DNA from: an uncultured Alphaproteobacteria bacterium
GTDB lineage: Bacteria > Pseudomonadota > Alphaproteobacteria > DATDPM01
NCBI GenBank assembly: GCA_963841995.1
Contig: CAWJEX010000022.1
Coordinates: forward strand, 15,972 to 79,971
Direction: 5' to 3'
DNA: 64,000 nucleotides
How positions within the stretch are numbered: the first letter of the stretch is position 1; each line of letters starts with the position of its first letter. The notes beneath the pieces were generated by a model, which saw only the letters and a list, made by a program, of their open reading frames with translations, was not told the origin of the DNA and made no database searches. Of the stretch, positions 20,793 to 29,474 are shown piece after piece. Position numbers and translations under genes: made by a program.

Positions 20793-21095
20793 TCACTCCT
20801 CTCCTTGCCTCGGGCTCAAGGAATAGCCCTTTGCCCGCATGCACTCGCCGAAGATGTCGGCTTCGCGCAGCGCTGTACCCGGCTCGATATTGCTATAGCG
20901 CTCGCCTCGCGCGGTGGGCACCAGAACGGACCGTCTCGTGGCATCGAGAAAACTGTAACCGCGCGATTCCTCCTGACAGGCTTTGCGCGCATCCTCGATC
21001 TCCCCTGAACTCGCGCCTTCCTTGGACCATCGGTAAGCGGAAGTGCAGGCAGTGGCCGTGGCGGCCACGAGCAGAAAAAAGGCAATGCGATTCAT
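20793..21095 (-). CDS. small lipoprotein
   Basis: MNRIAFFLLVAATATAC lipobox-like signal. No family recognised. Confidence 0.5.
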   Translation of the reverse strand: MNRIAFFLLVAATATACTSAYRWSKEGASSGEIEDARKACQEESRGYSFLDATRRSVLVPTARGERYSNIEPGTALREADIFGECMRAKGYSLSPRQGEE

Positions 21096-21728
21096 GGAAG
21101 TCTTTTCGCTCCCCATGCGACATTCTGCATTGACTTGAATCAAGCTAAAGGGGCCGGAACCGTCTGCTGCTGGCTTGACGCCAATCGAGCACCTTGTGGT
21201 CCGGGCGATCGACGTTGATTGAAATTAAGGCGGTTGCCGCGCGAAGGAGTTGCCGATTCAACGATTCACAAAGGAAGGCGTGGAGCGGTGGGTTAACGTG
21301 TCAACGCCTTTCTTTGTGCCAGTGAGCTGACCGATTTTCTGTACCAAGAGATGAGCGAGGTTACTACATTCCGCCGCGCCTAAAGTCTATCAACAGGTCG
21401 CACCTTGACCCTTTCCAGACCTTTCGGCTCGCGCACTCTCCTGTAAGATTGCCCCGGCCGCGTAGGCGGCTTCAACCGAGCAGGCCAGGTCAAGTTTGCA
21501 ATCTGCGGCTCGAATAGAAGAGATTGCTGCGATACTATCGCTGCGATACTGACGTTTCTTTGAGTTCAGAGAGGGCATCCTGAACCAACTTTTCCATTCG
21601 CGACCGGAAACGATGGCACTTGTTCCCAAAGTAGCAGTTGTGGGTTCAATTGTTTTGCCTTCGCGAAGTCCGCGGCAGCGCGAGCCTGCCACCCTTGAGC
21701 GCGGATGGCGATGCCTCGCCGAAAAAGG

Positions 21729-22223
21729 CTACTGCTCGCCGCCGAGCCAGTTGTACTGGTCGAAGTCCTCCATGGCGCGGTCCTTTTGGCCCTTGAGCAT
21801 GTAGGCGGTGCCCCGGGCGTAGTAGGCATTGCGGTAATTCGGGTCGAGCCGGATGACCTCGTCGTAGTCCTGAATGGCGCGGTCGTATTGGACCTCGCCA
21901 GCGTAGGCCTTGAAAGCGTAGGCGGCGCCCCGCATGACGAAGGCTTCGGGGAAATTCGGGTTGAGCCGGATGGCTTGGTCGTAGTCCTGAATGGCGCGGT
22001 CATGTTCGCCCTTCAAATGGTAGGCACTGCCCCGGTAGTAGTAGGCTTGGGCGAGATTTTTCTGCGTCTCCTGGCCCGACCGGATAATCGCCGTGCAGCG
22101 GGGGATCGTGACATCGGGATTGGGGTCTAAGCACCTCTGATGATCGAGAGTCTGGGCGGCCGCTGCGACGCTGAAGCCGACGATATACATGAGCACGAAT
22201 AGCGGTGCCCACCTACTGCGCAT
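21729..22223 (-). CDS. TPR repeat protein, secreted
   Basis: Signal peptide plus repeated AYYxRGxAYxxKGxxDRAIQDYDxxIRLxPN units. A further TPR-like unit (RGIAIRAQGWQARAAADFAKAKQLNPQL) lies downstream in another frame, so the 3' end may be disrupted. Confidence 0.7.
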   Translation of the reverse strand: MRSRWAPLFVLMYIVGFSVAAAAQTLDHQRCLDPNPDVTIPRCTAIIRSGQETQKNLAQAYYYRGSAYHLKGEHDRAIQDYDQAIRLNPNFPEAFVMRGAAYAFKAYAGEVQYDRAIQDYDEVIRLDPNYRNAYYARGTAYMLKGQKDRAMEDFDQYNWLGGEQ

Positions 22224-22346
22224 TGCCGGCGCCTCCTCGTTCTTGTCGGGCCGATTATAGCGGCGTTCAAGGCCGGCTAATATCTGCTCCTGGCACGGCT
22301 CGGCCCAAAGAGGGTGGGCAGAGCATGTCGGCTCTGCCCAGGTATT

Positions 22347-22982
22347 TCAGACATCGACCTGCTCGGCTATGGCGAGAGCGTCGTCCACCTCGATGCCGAG
22401 GTAACGGACAGTGCTCTCGATCTTGGTGTGCCCGAGCAGCAATTGTACGGCACGTAGATTGCCAGTGCGGCGGTAGATGAGGGTTGCTTTGGTTCGAGTT
22501 AACGAATGCGTCCCGAAAAAATGCGGGTCCAATCCGATGCCTGCAAGCCATCCAGACACCAGCCGAGCGTACTGCCGTGTCGTCATGCATCGACCGTGGT
22601 TGCGGCAACTCGCGAAAAGGTATTCGCCCGGCCTCTTACCCGCAACCTTGATATAGTCGTCGACCGCTTCTCGGGTCTGTTCGGTCAATTCGAATTTGAC
22701 CGGATGTCCGGTTTTCTTTTGGCGGACGGATGCGCGACCCATCGTAATACCTTGGGGAGCTACGTCTTCGACCTTCAGGCTGACGACGTCGCAGCCCCTG
22801 AGCTTGCTATCAATGGCCAGGTTGAACATGGCAAGGTCGCGCTTCTTGCCGTCGACCTGCGGCTTGGTCCGAATGGACCAGACATGCTTGGTTCGCAACG
22901 GCGGTTTGGCCCCGACCACCTTTCCCTTATGCCATGGGGTTCGACGCACTTCCTGTTGGTTCGTATCGTTTGGTTCCTGCAT
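22347..22982 (-). CDS. short (211 aa) tyrosine recombinase/integrase, catalytic domain only
   Basis: LAIDSKLRGCDV (catalytic Arg), HSLTRTKAT (His..Arg box) and LLGHTKIESTVRYLG (His and Tyr nucleophile). No N-terminal arm- or core-binding domain is present. Confidence 0.8.
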   Translation of the reverse strand: MQEPNDTNQQEVRRTPWHKGKVVGAKPPLRTKHVWSIRTKPQVDGKKRDLAMFNLAIDSKLRGCDVVSLKVEDVAPQGITMGRASVRQKKTGHPVKFELTEQTREAVDDYIKVAGKRPGEYLFASCRNHGRCMTTRQYARLVSGWLAGIGLDPHFFGTHSLTRTKATLIYRRTGNLRAVQLLLGHTKIESTVRYLGIEVDDALAIAEQVDV

Positions 22983-23269
22983 GGCGTTCCTCCATTGAAG
23001 TAGAGGCTGATCACCATGCGCCGTTATTACGTCGCTGATTCACACAGTTAAACAAATCAATCGCTTACTGGAATGGCCCAGGTCACCAGCCTAGGCTTTT
23101 GTTCGTGCTGCCGAAGAAATGCGAAGGCAAACCGTCGAAGTCGGAGCGGACGCGATGGTTTCATCAGCCGCATTTGGTGTGACCTTCACCGTCGCCTTGC
23201 CGCCTCGATGAGTCCGAAGAGCTATCGTACCAGAGGTATGCCGAACTTAATTGGCGGCATTTGGGCCGT

Positions 23270-23319
23270 ATAACCCAATGGGTTATTTTTCTCTAGTATG
23301 GAATAACCCATTGGGTTAT
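23270..23319 (+). promoter_or_regulatory. two 17-bp palindromes upstream of the toxin-antitoxin operon (candidate operators)
   Basis: ATAACCCAATGGGTTAT (23270-23286) and ATAACCCATTGGGTTAT (23303-23319), ending 9 nt before the ATG at 23328. Confidence 0.55.
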
Positions 23320-23327
23320 ATAGAGCC

Positions 23328-23666
23328 ATGCAAACTGTCGCCGAGACAGGGTACTTCAGCCGGCGCGCGGCAAAGCGTCTGACGGCTAACGAGCTGCAGG
23401 ACGTTATTACATCGGTCGCAGCCAATCCACTTTGTGGCGACCTGATCGAGGAAACCGGCGGCTTACGAAAGGTCCGCTTTGAGGCTGGTGGCAAAGGCAA
23501 AAGCGGTGGCGTTCGGATCATCTATTACTGGTTTTCAGACAATGCTCCGACCTTCCTTCTGGACGTATTCAAGAAGGGCGAGAAGGACAATCTGAGCAAG
23601 GCCGAGCGCAACGAGCTTGCCAGGCTCGCGGAACGACTCAAAGCAACCTATGGGAGAGCCAAATGA
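23328..23666 (+). CDS. type II toxin, RelE/HigB-like
   Basis: 112 aa with GGLRKVRF...GKSGGVRIIYYWF...TFLLDVFKKGEKDNLS, typical of addiction-module killer proteins. It has a 4-nt overlap with the downstream HTH gene. Confidence 0.75.
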   Translation: MQTVAETGYFSRRAAKRLTANELQDVITSVAANPLCGDLIEETGGLRKVRFEAGGKGKSGGVRIIYYWFSDNAPTFLLDVFKKGEKDNLSKAERNELARLAERLKATYGRAK

Positions 23667-24019
23667 GCAAGAAGGTTTTCGAGGGCCTCAAGGCCAGCAT
23701 GATCGAGGCGCTCGCATTCGCCGAGGGCGACAAGACGAAGGCCAAGGTGCATCAGGTAGAGGTACCGCTGGTCGATGTCAAAGTGGCCCGCCGGAAACTC
23801 CAGATGAGCCAGGACGAGTTTGCTACCGTCCTGTGCATTCCCGTTTCGACGCTTCGCAAATGGGAACAGGGACAACGGCGTCCCGATGCCGCTACGCGCC
23901 TATTACTTCAGGTCATCGTGCATGAGCCGCGAGCCGTGGAGAAGACGCTCGCTTCTCTGGTGCGCGAAGCGTTGTCCCAGACACCGCAAGTTTTAGCCGG
24001 GAAGGCGCGGGAGGCATGA
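23663..24019 (+). CDS. HTH (XRE-like) antitoxin
   Basis: VARRKLQMSQDEFATVLCIPVSTLRKWEQGQRRPDAATRLLLQVI is a helix-turn-helix typical of the partner antitoxins. Confidence 0.75.
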   Translation: MSKKVFEGLKASMIEALAFAEGDKTKAKVHQVEVPLVDVKVARRKLQMSQDEFATVLCIPVSTLRKWEQGQRRPDAATRLLLQVIVHEPRAVEKTLASLVREALSQTPQVLAGKAREA

Positions 24020-24272
24020 CATGACACCGAAGGATCGGCCACAGGCCGCGAAGGATACATCACCGAGCGAAGCTGATATGGCGCGCCTCATCCTTGGCCT
24101 ACCGGAAGAGATGCCGGAGAGCGGGCTCGCGCATCGCAATTGTGGGGTCCGGGATGGGGAATTTCTTCGACGGTGGCGGAAGCACATCAACGATAAGTCG
24201 AAGCAGAAGGGCTGAAAAAAATAATAACCCTTCTCCTTTTGATAGTCGGCTTAGCAGCCTAGCCTGATCGCG

Positions 24273-24584
24273 TCAGGTGCGTCTGGTTTCGAGGAAGCCC
24301 CAGAAATGCCCAGCATACTCCTTGAACCCTTTGGTCCCGAGCACCTGCCCTCCCACCTCGACGCCCTTGCGATAATACTCCAACGCCTCCTCAACCGATT
24401 TGGCCTCTTCTTCTGCGAGCAGAACATAGGCCTCGGCGCGAGCGGCGAAATTGCGAGCGCCTTGTGGGCGAGAGGGACGCGCGCGCGGGCTGGTCTGATC
24501 CCATGCGTCGTACATGACCTCCTGTGCTTTGGCTGTCGTATCGTTGGCTCGGCGCCCGCCAATCGCCGACATGAAACCTTCCAT
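24273..24584 (-). pseudogene. N-terminal fragment of a conserved protein (AQEVMYDAWD...AYVLLAEE...GHFWGFLETR), 3'-truncated
   Basis: The translation resembles the N-terminal ~100 aa of a longer family but stops right after LETR. Family identity is not certain. Confidence 0.35.
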
Positions 24585-24630
24585 GGCGCGCCGATCGGGA
24601 TTATATGGGCAATGAAAATGGAAAGACCTG

Positions 24631-25860
24631 ATGACCATCGCCGCGCACTCTGCCGAGGCTAAAGGCCAGCAGATCGGTTCGCCTCTTGAAGTTCTGCTTG
24701 CCTTCCTCAAACTAGGCGTCACCTGTTTCGGCGGGCCGATCGCTCACATCGGATATTTCCGCGAAGAGTTCGTCGTGCGTCGGCGCTGGCTCGACGAGTT
24801 GGCCTATGCCGATCTCGTGGCCTTGTGCCAGTTTCTGCCCGGCCCGGCCAGCAGCCAAGTCGGATTTTCCATCGGCCTCATGCGGGCCGGCTATCGCGGC
24901 GGTCTCGCGGCGTGGACCGGCTTTACCCTTCCTTCCGCCATCGCCCTCGTGCTCTTCGCCTACGGCGCGAGCGCACTTGGCGGCCCGACCGGCATCGGGC
25001 TGCTTCATGGCCTCAAGCTCGTCGCCGTGGCGATCGTCGCGCAGGCCGTTTGGGGCATGGCGCGCACCCTATGCCCCGACCGGGAGCGGGCTTCCATCGC
25101 CGTCGTCGCGGCGCTGATCATTCTGTTCAGCACCTCCTCGGTGGCGCAAATCGCGGCGATCTCCTTGGGCGGCATCGCGGGACTGTGGCTCCGCAGCGCC
25201 GCACCGCCAACATCGGCGGAACATATTGCAGTGCCGGTCTCGCGCACCGTGGGGCTCGTGGCGCTGACTGCCTTCTTTCTCCTGCTCGCTGGCCTTCCGG
25301 TTCTGCGTGGCCTCGGGATATCGCAGAGCATAGCTCTCTTCGAAGCCTTCTACCGCTCGGGCGCGCTGGTTTTCGGCGGCGGTCATGTGGTGCTGCCCTT
25401 GCTGCGCGAGGCGTTTGTGACGCCCGGCTGGGTGAACGACGACACTTTCCTCGCTGGGTATGGCGCCGCACAAGCGGTTCCCGGCCCGCTCTTCACGTTC
25501 GCCGCCTATCTTGGCGCCGTCGTCAGCCCATCACCGCACGGATTGGTGGGCGCTGCGCTGGGTGTCACCGCCATTTTTCTCCCCGGCATGCTGATCCTCA
25601 TCGGCATGTTGCCCTTCTGGGAAACATTCCGGAAGCGTGCCAAGGCTCAGGCGATGATGCGCGGTGTCAACGCGGCGGTCGTCGGCCTGCTCGGCGCAGC
25701 GCTCTACAATCCGATTTGGACGAGTTCGGTCAAAGCGCCGGGGGATCTTGGAATCGCGCTTATCGGCTTTGTCCTCCTGACCGTGTGGCGCGCCCCGCCA
25801 CTGGTCATCGTCATCATAAGCGCGATCGGCGGAATTGCGCTTGCGCAGGTCACGTCATGA
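24631..25860 (+). CDS. chrA: chromate transporter ChrA
   Basis: 409 aa with FLKLGVTCFGGPIAHIGYFREEFV..RRWLDE..YADLVALCQFLPGPASSQV and a second CHR half (ALVFGGGHVVLPLL...GYGAAQAVPGPLFTFAAYLG). Confidence 0.85.
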   Translation: MTIAAHSAEAKGQQIGSPLEVLLAFLKLGVTCFGGPIAHIGYFREEFVVRRRWLDELAYADLVALCQFLPGPASSQVGFSIGLMRAGYRGGLAAWTGFTLPSAIALVLFAYGASALGGPTGIGLLHGLKLVAVAIVAQAVWGMARTLCPDRERASIAVVAALIILFSTSSVAQIAAISLGGIAGLWLRSAAPPTSAEHIAVPVSRTVGLVALTAFFLLLAGLPVLRGLGISQSIALFEAFYRSGALVFGGGHVVLPLLREAFVTPGWVNDDTFLAGYGAAQAVPGPLFTFAAYLGAVVSPSPHGLVGAALGVTAIFLPGMLILIGMLPFWETFRKRAKAQAMMRGVNAAVVGLLGAALYNPIWTSSVKAPGDLGIALIGFVLLTVWRAPPLVIVIISAIGGIALAQVTS

Positions 25861-25950
25861 CGGGATCAGAAGTCGTCCGTAGCCAAGGCACCGCCCCGAC
25901 GCTATTCGCAACGTGGTGAACCACCTCGAGGACAACTGCTCGCCCCAATC

Positions 25951-26099
25951 TCTGTTTTCGAGAAGCTGGTGGTATCCAGGATTTCGAGGTGGGACAAAAT
26001 CGCGTCGTAACTGATTGAAAAATTTGGCGCGAAAAAAGAGTTTGGTGCCCATGGGCGGGATTCTTCAAGTTATAAAAATCAATGACTTACAAAAAAGTG
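25951..26099 (+). repeat. dispersed composite repeat, copy 3 (right part missing)
   Basis: Full left arm, 21-mer at 26043-26063 with one substitution, and the A-rich linker. The hairpin is absent. Confidence 0.8.
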
Positions 26100-26262
26100 C
26101 GGCTCATCGCCTACTTAGCTACATCCCCTACGCATTGGAACAGGGAATTTTTCCGACGTATCAGGGAACGTTTTGACGGGATCTGGGAATACATCGAACC
26201 GATCAGGGACCACTCTGCCTCAACCAACTTGGACGAGGTATTCGGTAGGACAGCTGATCCGC

Positions 26263-26742
26263 CTACCCCATTGCTGTGCTGCGGGTCAAAGGCGGAAGCT
26301 GTACGATCTTTGCCCAATAGTTCTCGATCACCCCGACCATCTTCACCAACTTGTCGAAGGTTCCCGGCTTGGTGATGAACGAGTTCGCCCCCAGGTCGTA
26401 CGTGCGAAGGATGTCCCCCTCGGTATTCATGTCGGCCAGGATCACGACTGGGATTCGCCGCAGCTCCGGGTTCCGCTTGATCTCAGCAAGCGCCTCGCGG
26501 CCGTCCTTCTTCGGCATATTGAGGTCGAGGAGAATCAGAGCAGGGTAGGGCTTTCCGATTAGTCCCGCGAATCTTCCGCGGCGGTGCAGATAATCCAGAA
26601 GTTGTTCGCCGTCCTCAACGAACTGCAGCTCGTTGCCGAGGCGTCCCTTCTCGAAGGCCTCTTTGAGCATCATGCGGTCGTCGGCATCGTCCTCGGCTAC
26701 GAGGATCGTGATGGGCCTGCCGGCTGAGTCCATTGAGGCCAT
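26263..26742 (-). CDS. single-domain response regulator (receiver)
   Basis: ILVAEDDADDRMM...LILLDLNMPKKDGREALAEIKRNPELRRIPVVIL...GANSFITKP. A paralog lies at 51549..52076. A histidine-kinase C-terminal scrap (REGSTFLVSLP) lies just upstream. Confidence 0.8.
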   Translation of the reverse strand: MASMDSAGRPITILVAEDDADDRMMLKEAFEKGRLGNELQFVEDGEQLLDYLHRRGRFAGLIGKPYPALILLDLNMPKKDGREALAEIKRNPELRRIPVVILADMNTEGDILRTYDLGANSFITKPGTFDKLVKMVGVIENYWAKIVQLPPLTRSTAMG

Positions 26743-27511
26743 TCCTTTTTAGTGTGCCGAGTTGGGAGCGAGACGAGGAAGGTCGAGCCTTCGCGCGACA
26801 CCCATCGCCACTCCCTGTTCCAAAGTCGAAATGACGCGCAGGCGCTTTCGCAGGCGTCGCCACGACTCGAATTGACCGTCGCGAGAATAGTGCCCCTGGG
26901 CTTCGCCCCTGGCACGTTTAAGATGTTATCGGGCCGTAGTTAATGTCCGATAAACGCGCTGGGCCGGTTGCCCCGCCCCTTCCCTCCGATCGAGGTCGCA
27001 TCCTGGCGTCGGAGTGACGGGATAAGGTGGCGGAGAATCATAAAGAGAATGCCCCCATGTTCTGCTGGTCCATATATAAAAACCGGCTGCCGGTAAGGGA
27101 CCGGCTCAAGAGAGCCTCGGATCAACATTCAGGCGCGACCACATTTCGTGACGTAGATGCCAGTACTGAATGTCATGCAAAGTTAATACATTTTTAACCA
27201 TACTTTCCTTATGATTATCCTGCACTTTTTAGTCATCTGAAGCTTTGCCGCTTTTTCTTTTTGGTGGAGTGTGTTTTCAATGTTCACTCGCTATCACAGC
27301 ACCTTGGAAATCAGGGTAAGACCGCCGCGCCGGCGGCGCGGATGGTCTGCAACCTGGATCCCTGCGCGGCCGGACCGCATTGTTGTGACGTTGCCAACAC
27401 TCGATCGGGATCCAGTATCCCGACTAAAAACCTGATCCCGACCGTCCCAGAATCGGGTTTTCGCTGGAGACAGGGAATGCGTGAGCGACATATTTTTTGG
27501 GAGAACAGCCG

Positions 27512-28024
27512 ATGACCGCGACAAAAACCCCCATCGAAACTGATCTTTTCGCCAAATTCGCTGAGAGCTTGGCATTACCCGAGACCTTGGCCCGCCAAAC
27601 CCACGACATGCTCAAGTCTCACACCGAGATGCTAAACGGCATCGAGGAGATCGCCCACGGATGGTTTCAACTCCGGCGCGATGCCAATAAATCGGCGATC
27701 CGGGCGGCGGAACGCATGTTTTCGTCCAGTGACGTAAGCGAGATGCTGGTCGCCTATTGCGACTGGCTGGGCGGCGCCATTCGCCGTTTCACGGACAGCG
27801 CCACAGAATTGAACGAGAAGGCGCTTGCCGTCACGGCCTCGGCCAGCAAGGCCGGGACCAACGGCGCATCTGCGGCCAACTCCGAGGCCCAACCCGTCAA
27901 GCCGATGTCGAACCCCAATGCCAATGCGGCGCAAAAGGTCGAGCCGAAGCCAGCGGTCCAGGCGGCACCAAAACCGATCAGCATCGCCCGCCCGACCGAA
28001 CAGAAGCGGCGCGTAGCCGGCTGA
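27512..28024 (+). CDS. phasin-like protein (tentative)
   Basis: GGGAGA RBS-like sequence 8 nt upstream of the ATG. Helical N-terminal part and a low-complexity Ala/Pro/Lys tail. The phasin assignment is from general resemblance only. Confidence 0.45.
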   Translation: MTATKTPIETDLFAKFAESLALPETLARQTHDMLKSHTEMLNGIEEIAHGWFQLRRDANKSAIRAAERMFSSSDVSEMLVAYCDWLGGAIRRFTDSATELNEKALAVTASASKAGTNGASAANSEAQPVKPMSNPNANAAQKVEPKPAVQAAPKPISIARPTEQKRRVAG

Positions 28025-28478
28025 CGCGGTCAGAGTATCTTTCATCGAATGCGGGTAGGCGCGCATGATGTGCCCGCCGCGCCTGTGCGGATCGTGACCT
28101 TTTCGCCTCGGCCGCAGCGTTTCTTGTCGTCGCGCCGTGTCCCTTCCGAAAACCTCATCCAGTAAGGTCAGGGTAGGGTTCGGTAGGGACGGGGAAATTT
28201 TTCGACGTATCGGCGAGCATTCTGCCAAAACGAGTCTCGATGAACTTTTCGATAGGCACAGAGAGCATGACGTGCGGACGAAACGACGCGGGTAGTGCGC
28301 CTCGATGATGGGAAAACCATTCTCCCGAGGTCGGACGATTCCCAAATTGGCTGCTTCTCGGCCCTTGGGGAGGTCAGCATCTTCAAACTGCCTTGTCCGT
28401 AAGGCTGAAATTGGCACATCATTCCAAGGAATTCCTAGTCATCCGGGGAATGTCGGCTAAGTCGAGATCGGAATTTAG

Positions 28479-28973
28479 ATGCGCGCAAGGCGCGGGCGGC
28501 CTCTGCGAGGAGCGATGACAGAAGAAACAAATCCCATGGAGCGCCGTTTAGTGATTCGGCTGCTGAAATATTGGCGAAGCCTCTCCGACGGCGAAAGATT
28601 ACCCGCGCAAAGCAATATTGACCCTCATGCGATTCCCGATATGTGGCCGAATTGCGCGGTGCTCTACGTCGCCGGAAAGGAAATCGATCCCGAGTTCAGC
28701 TATGTGGGCACGGCACTGTCGCAGGCCGCCGGCATCGAATTGGCGGGGCGCAAGCTTTCGCAGACGCCGGCCGATACGCTCGTCTCCAACGGCTTTTCTT
28801 ATTTCGGTCAGGTTCTCGTGAAAAAAGTACCGATTACATTTGGCGGCGAATTCGTGAGTCCCCGCGGCCTGAAAGTTCTTTATCGCAGCATCATCATGCC
28901 GCTGGCGAATGACGGGGAGCGTATCAACGGGCTGCTGGGCGCTGCGAATTGCCGTGAGGTCACTCAAGACTAG
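28479..28973 (+). CDS. PAS-like domain protein (alphaproteobacterial PF07310-type)
   Basis: LLKYWRSL..GERLPAQSNIDPHAIPDMWPNCAVLYV...FSYVGTAL...YRSIIMPLANDGERINGLLGA matches that family pattern. The start codon is uncertain. Confidence 0.6.
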   Translation: MRARRGRPLRGAMTEETNPMERRLVIRLLKYWRSLSDGERLPAQSNIDPHAIPDMWPNCAVLYVAGKEIDPEFSYVGTALSQAAGIELAGRKLSQTPADTLVSNGFSYFGQVLVKKVPITFGGEFVSPRGLKVLYRSIIMPLANDGERINGLLGAANCREVTQD

Positions 28974-29068
28974 GCAGCGGACTCATAAGCGCGGAGCCAC
29001 AGGCGGATGGCAGCCAGCTTGACCATAGCCGAGAAATTGGCGGCGGATTTTTCGAAGCGAGTGGCCAT
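28970..29068 (-). mobile_element. IS5-family transposase, last ~30 codons only
   Basis: Minus strand reads ATRFEKSAANFSAMVKLAAIRLWLRAYES, the conserved IS5/IS427-type C-terminus. Nothing upstream of it is present. Confidence 0.55.
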
Positions 29069-29170
29069 GTGGCTTACCCATCAGTCTCCGCATATTTGGC
29101 TTTCGTCGGTCGGTCGACTCGCCTCGTAAATTCGTTACAACGTTAGGGCAGATTTCATTCACTTGGAACT

Positions 29171-29416
29171 GCCACTTCCGGGCGGGTGGTGGTATCCAGG
29201 ATTTCGAGGTGGAACAAAATCGCGTCGTAACTGATAAAAAAGCTTTGGCTTGGAAAAAAGTTTGGTGCCCAGGGGCGGGATTTAACAAGTTTGGTGAATC
29301 AATAGGTTAGAAAAAAAGTGGGACACAAAAACTTCCCGTAGCTTTCTAAGGTTTTCGCCGAAGGTGTCCCACCGATTTCATCACTAGACAGCTAATCTCG
29401 GTGCCTTTGGAACCGG
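29171..29416 (+). repeat. dispersed composite repeat, copy 4 (full length, longest right end)
   Basis: Left arm, 21-mer at 29263-29283, and hairpin arms at 29318-29326 / 29364-29372. The right extension is shared with inverted copy 10. Confidence 0.85.
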
Positions 29417-29474
29417 CAGCAGACCATGGGCCATTCCAAACCCATTCTCCCCCGTAATCCGCCCGGCCTCACGG

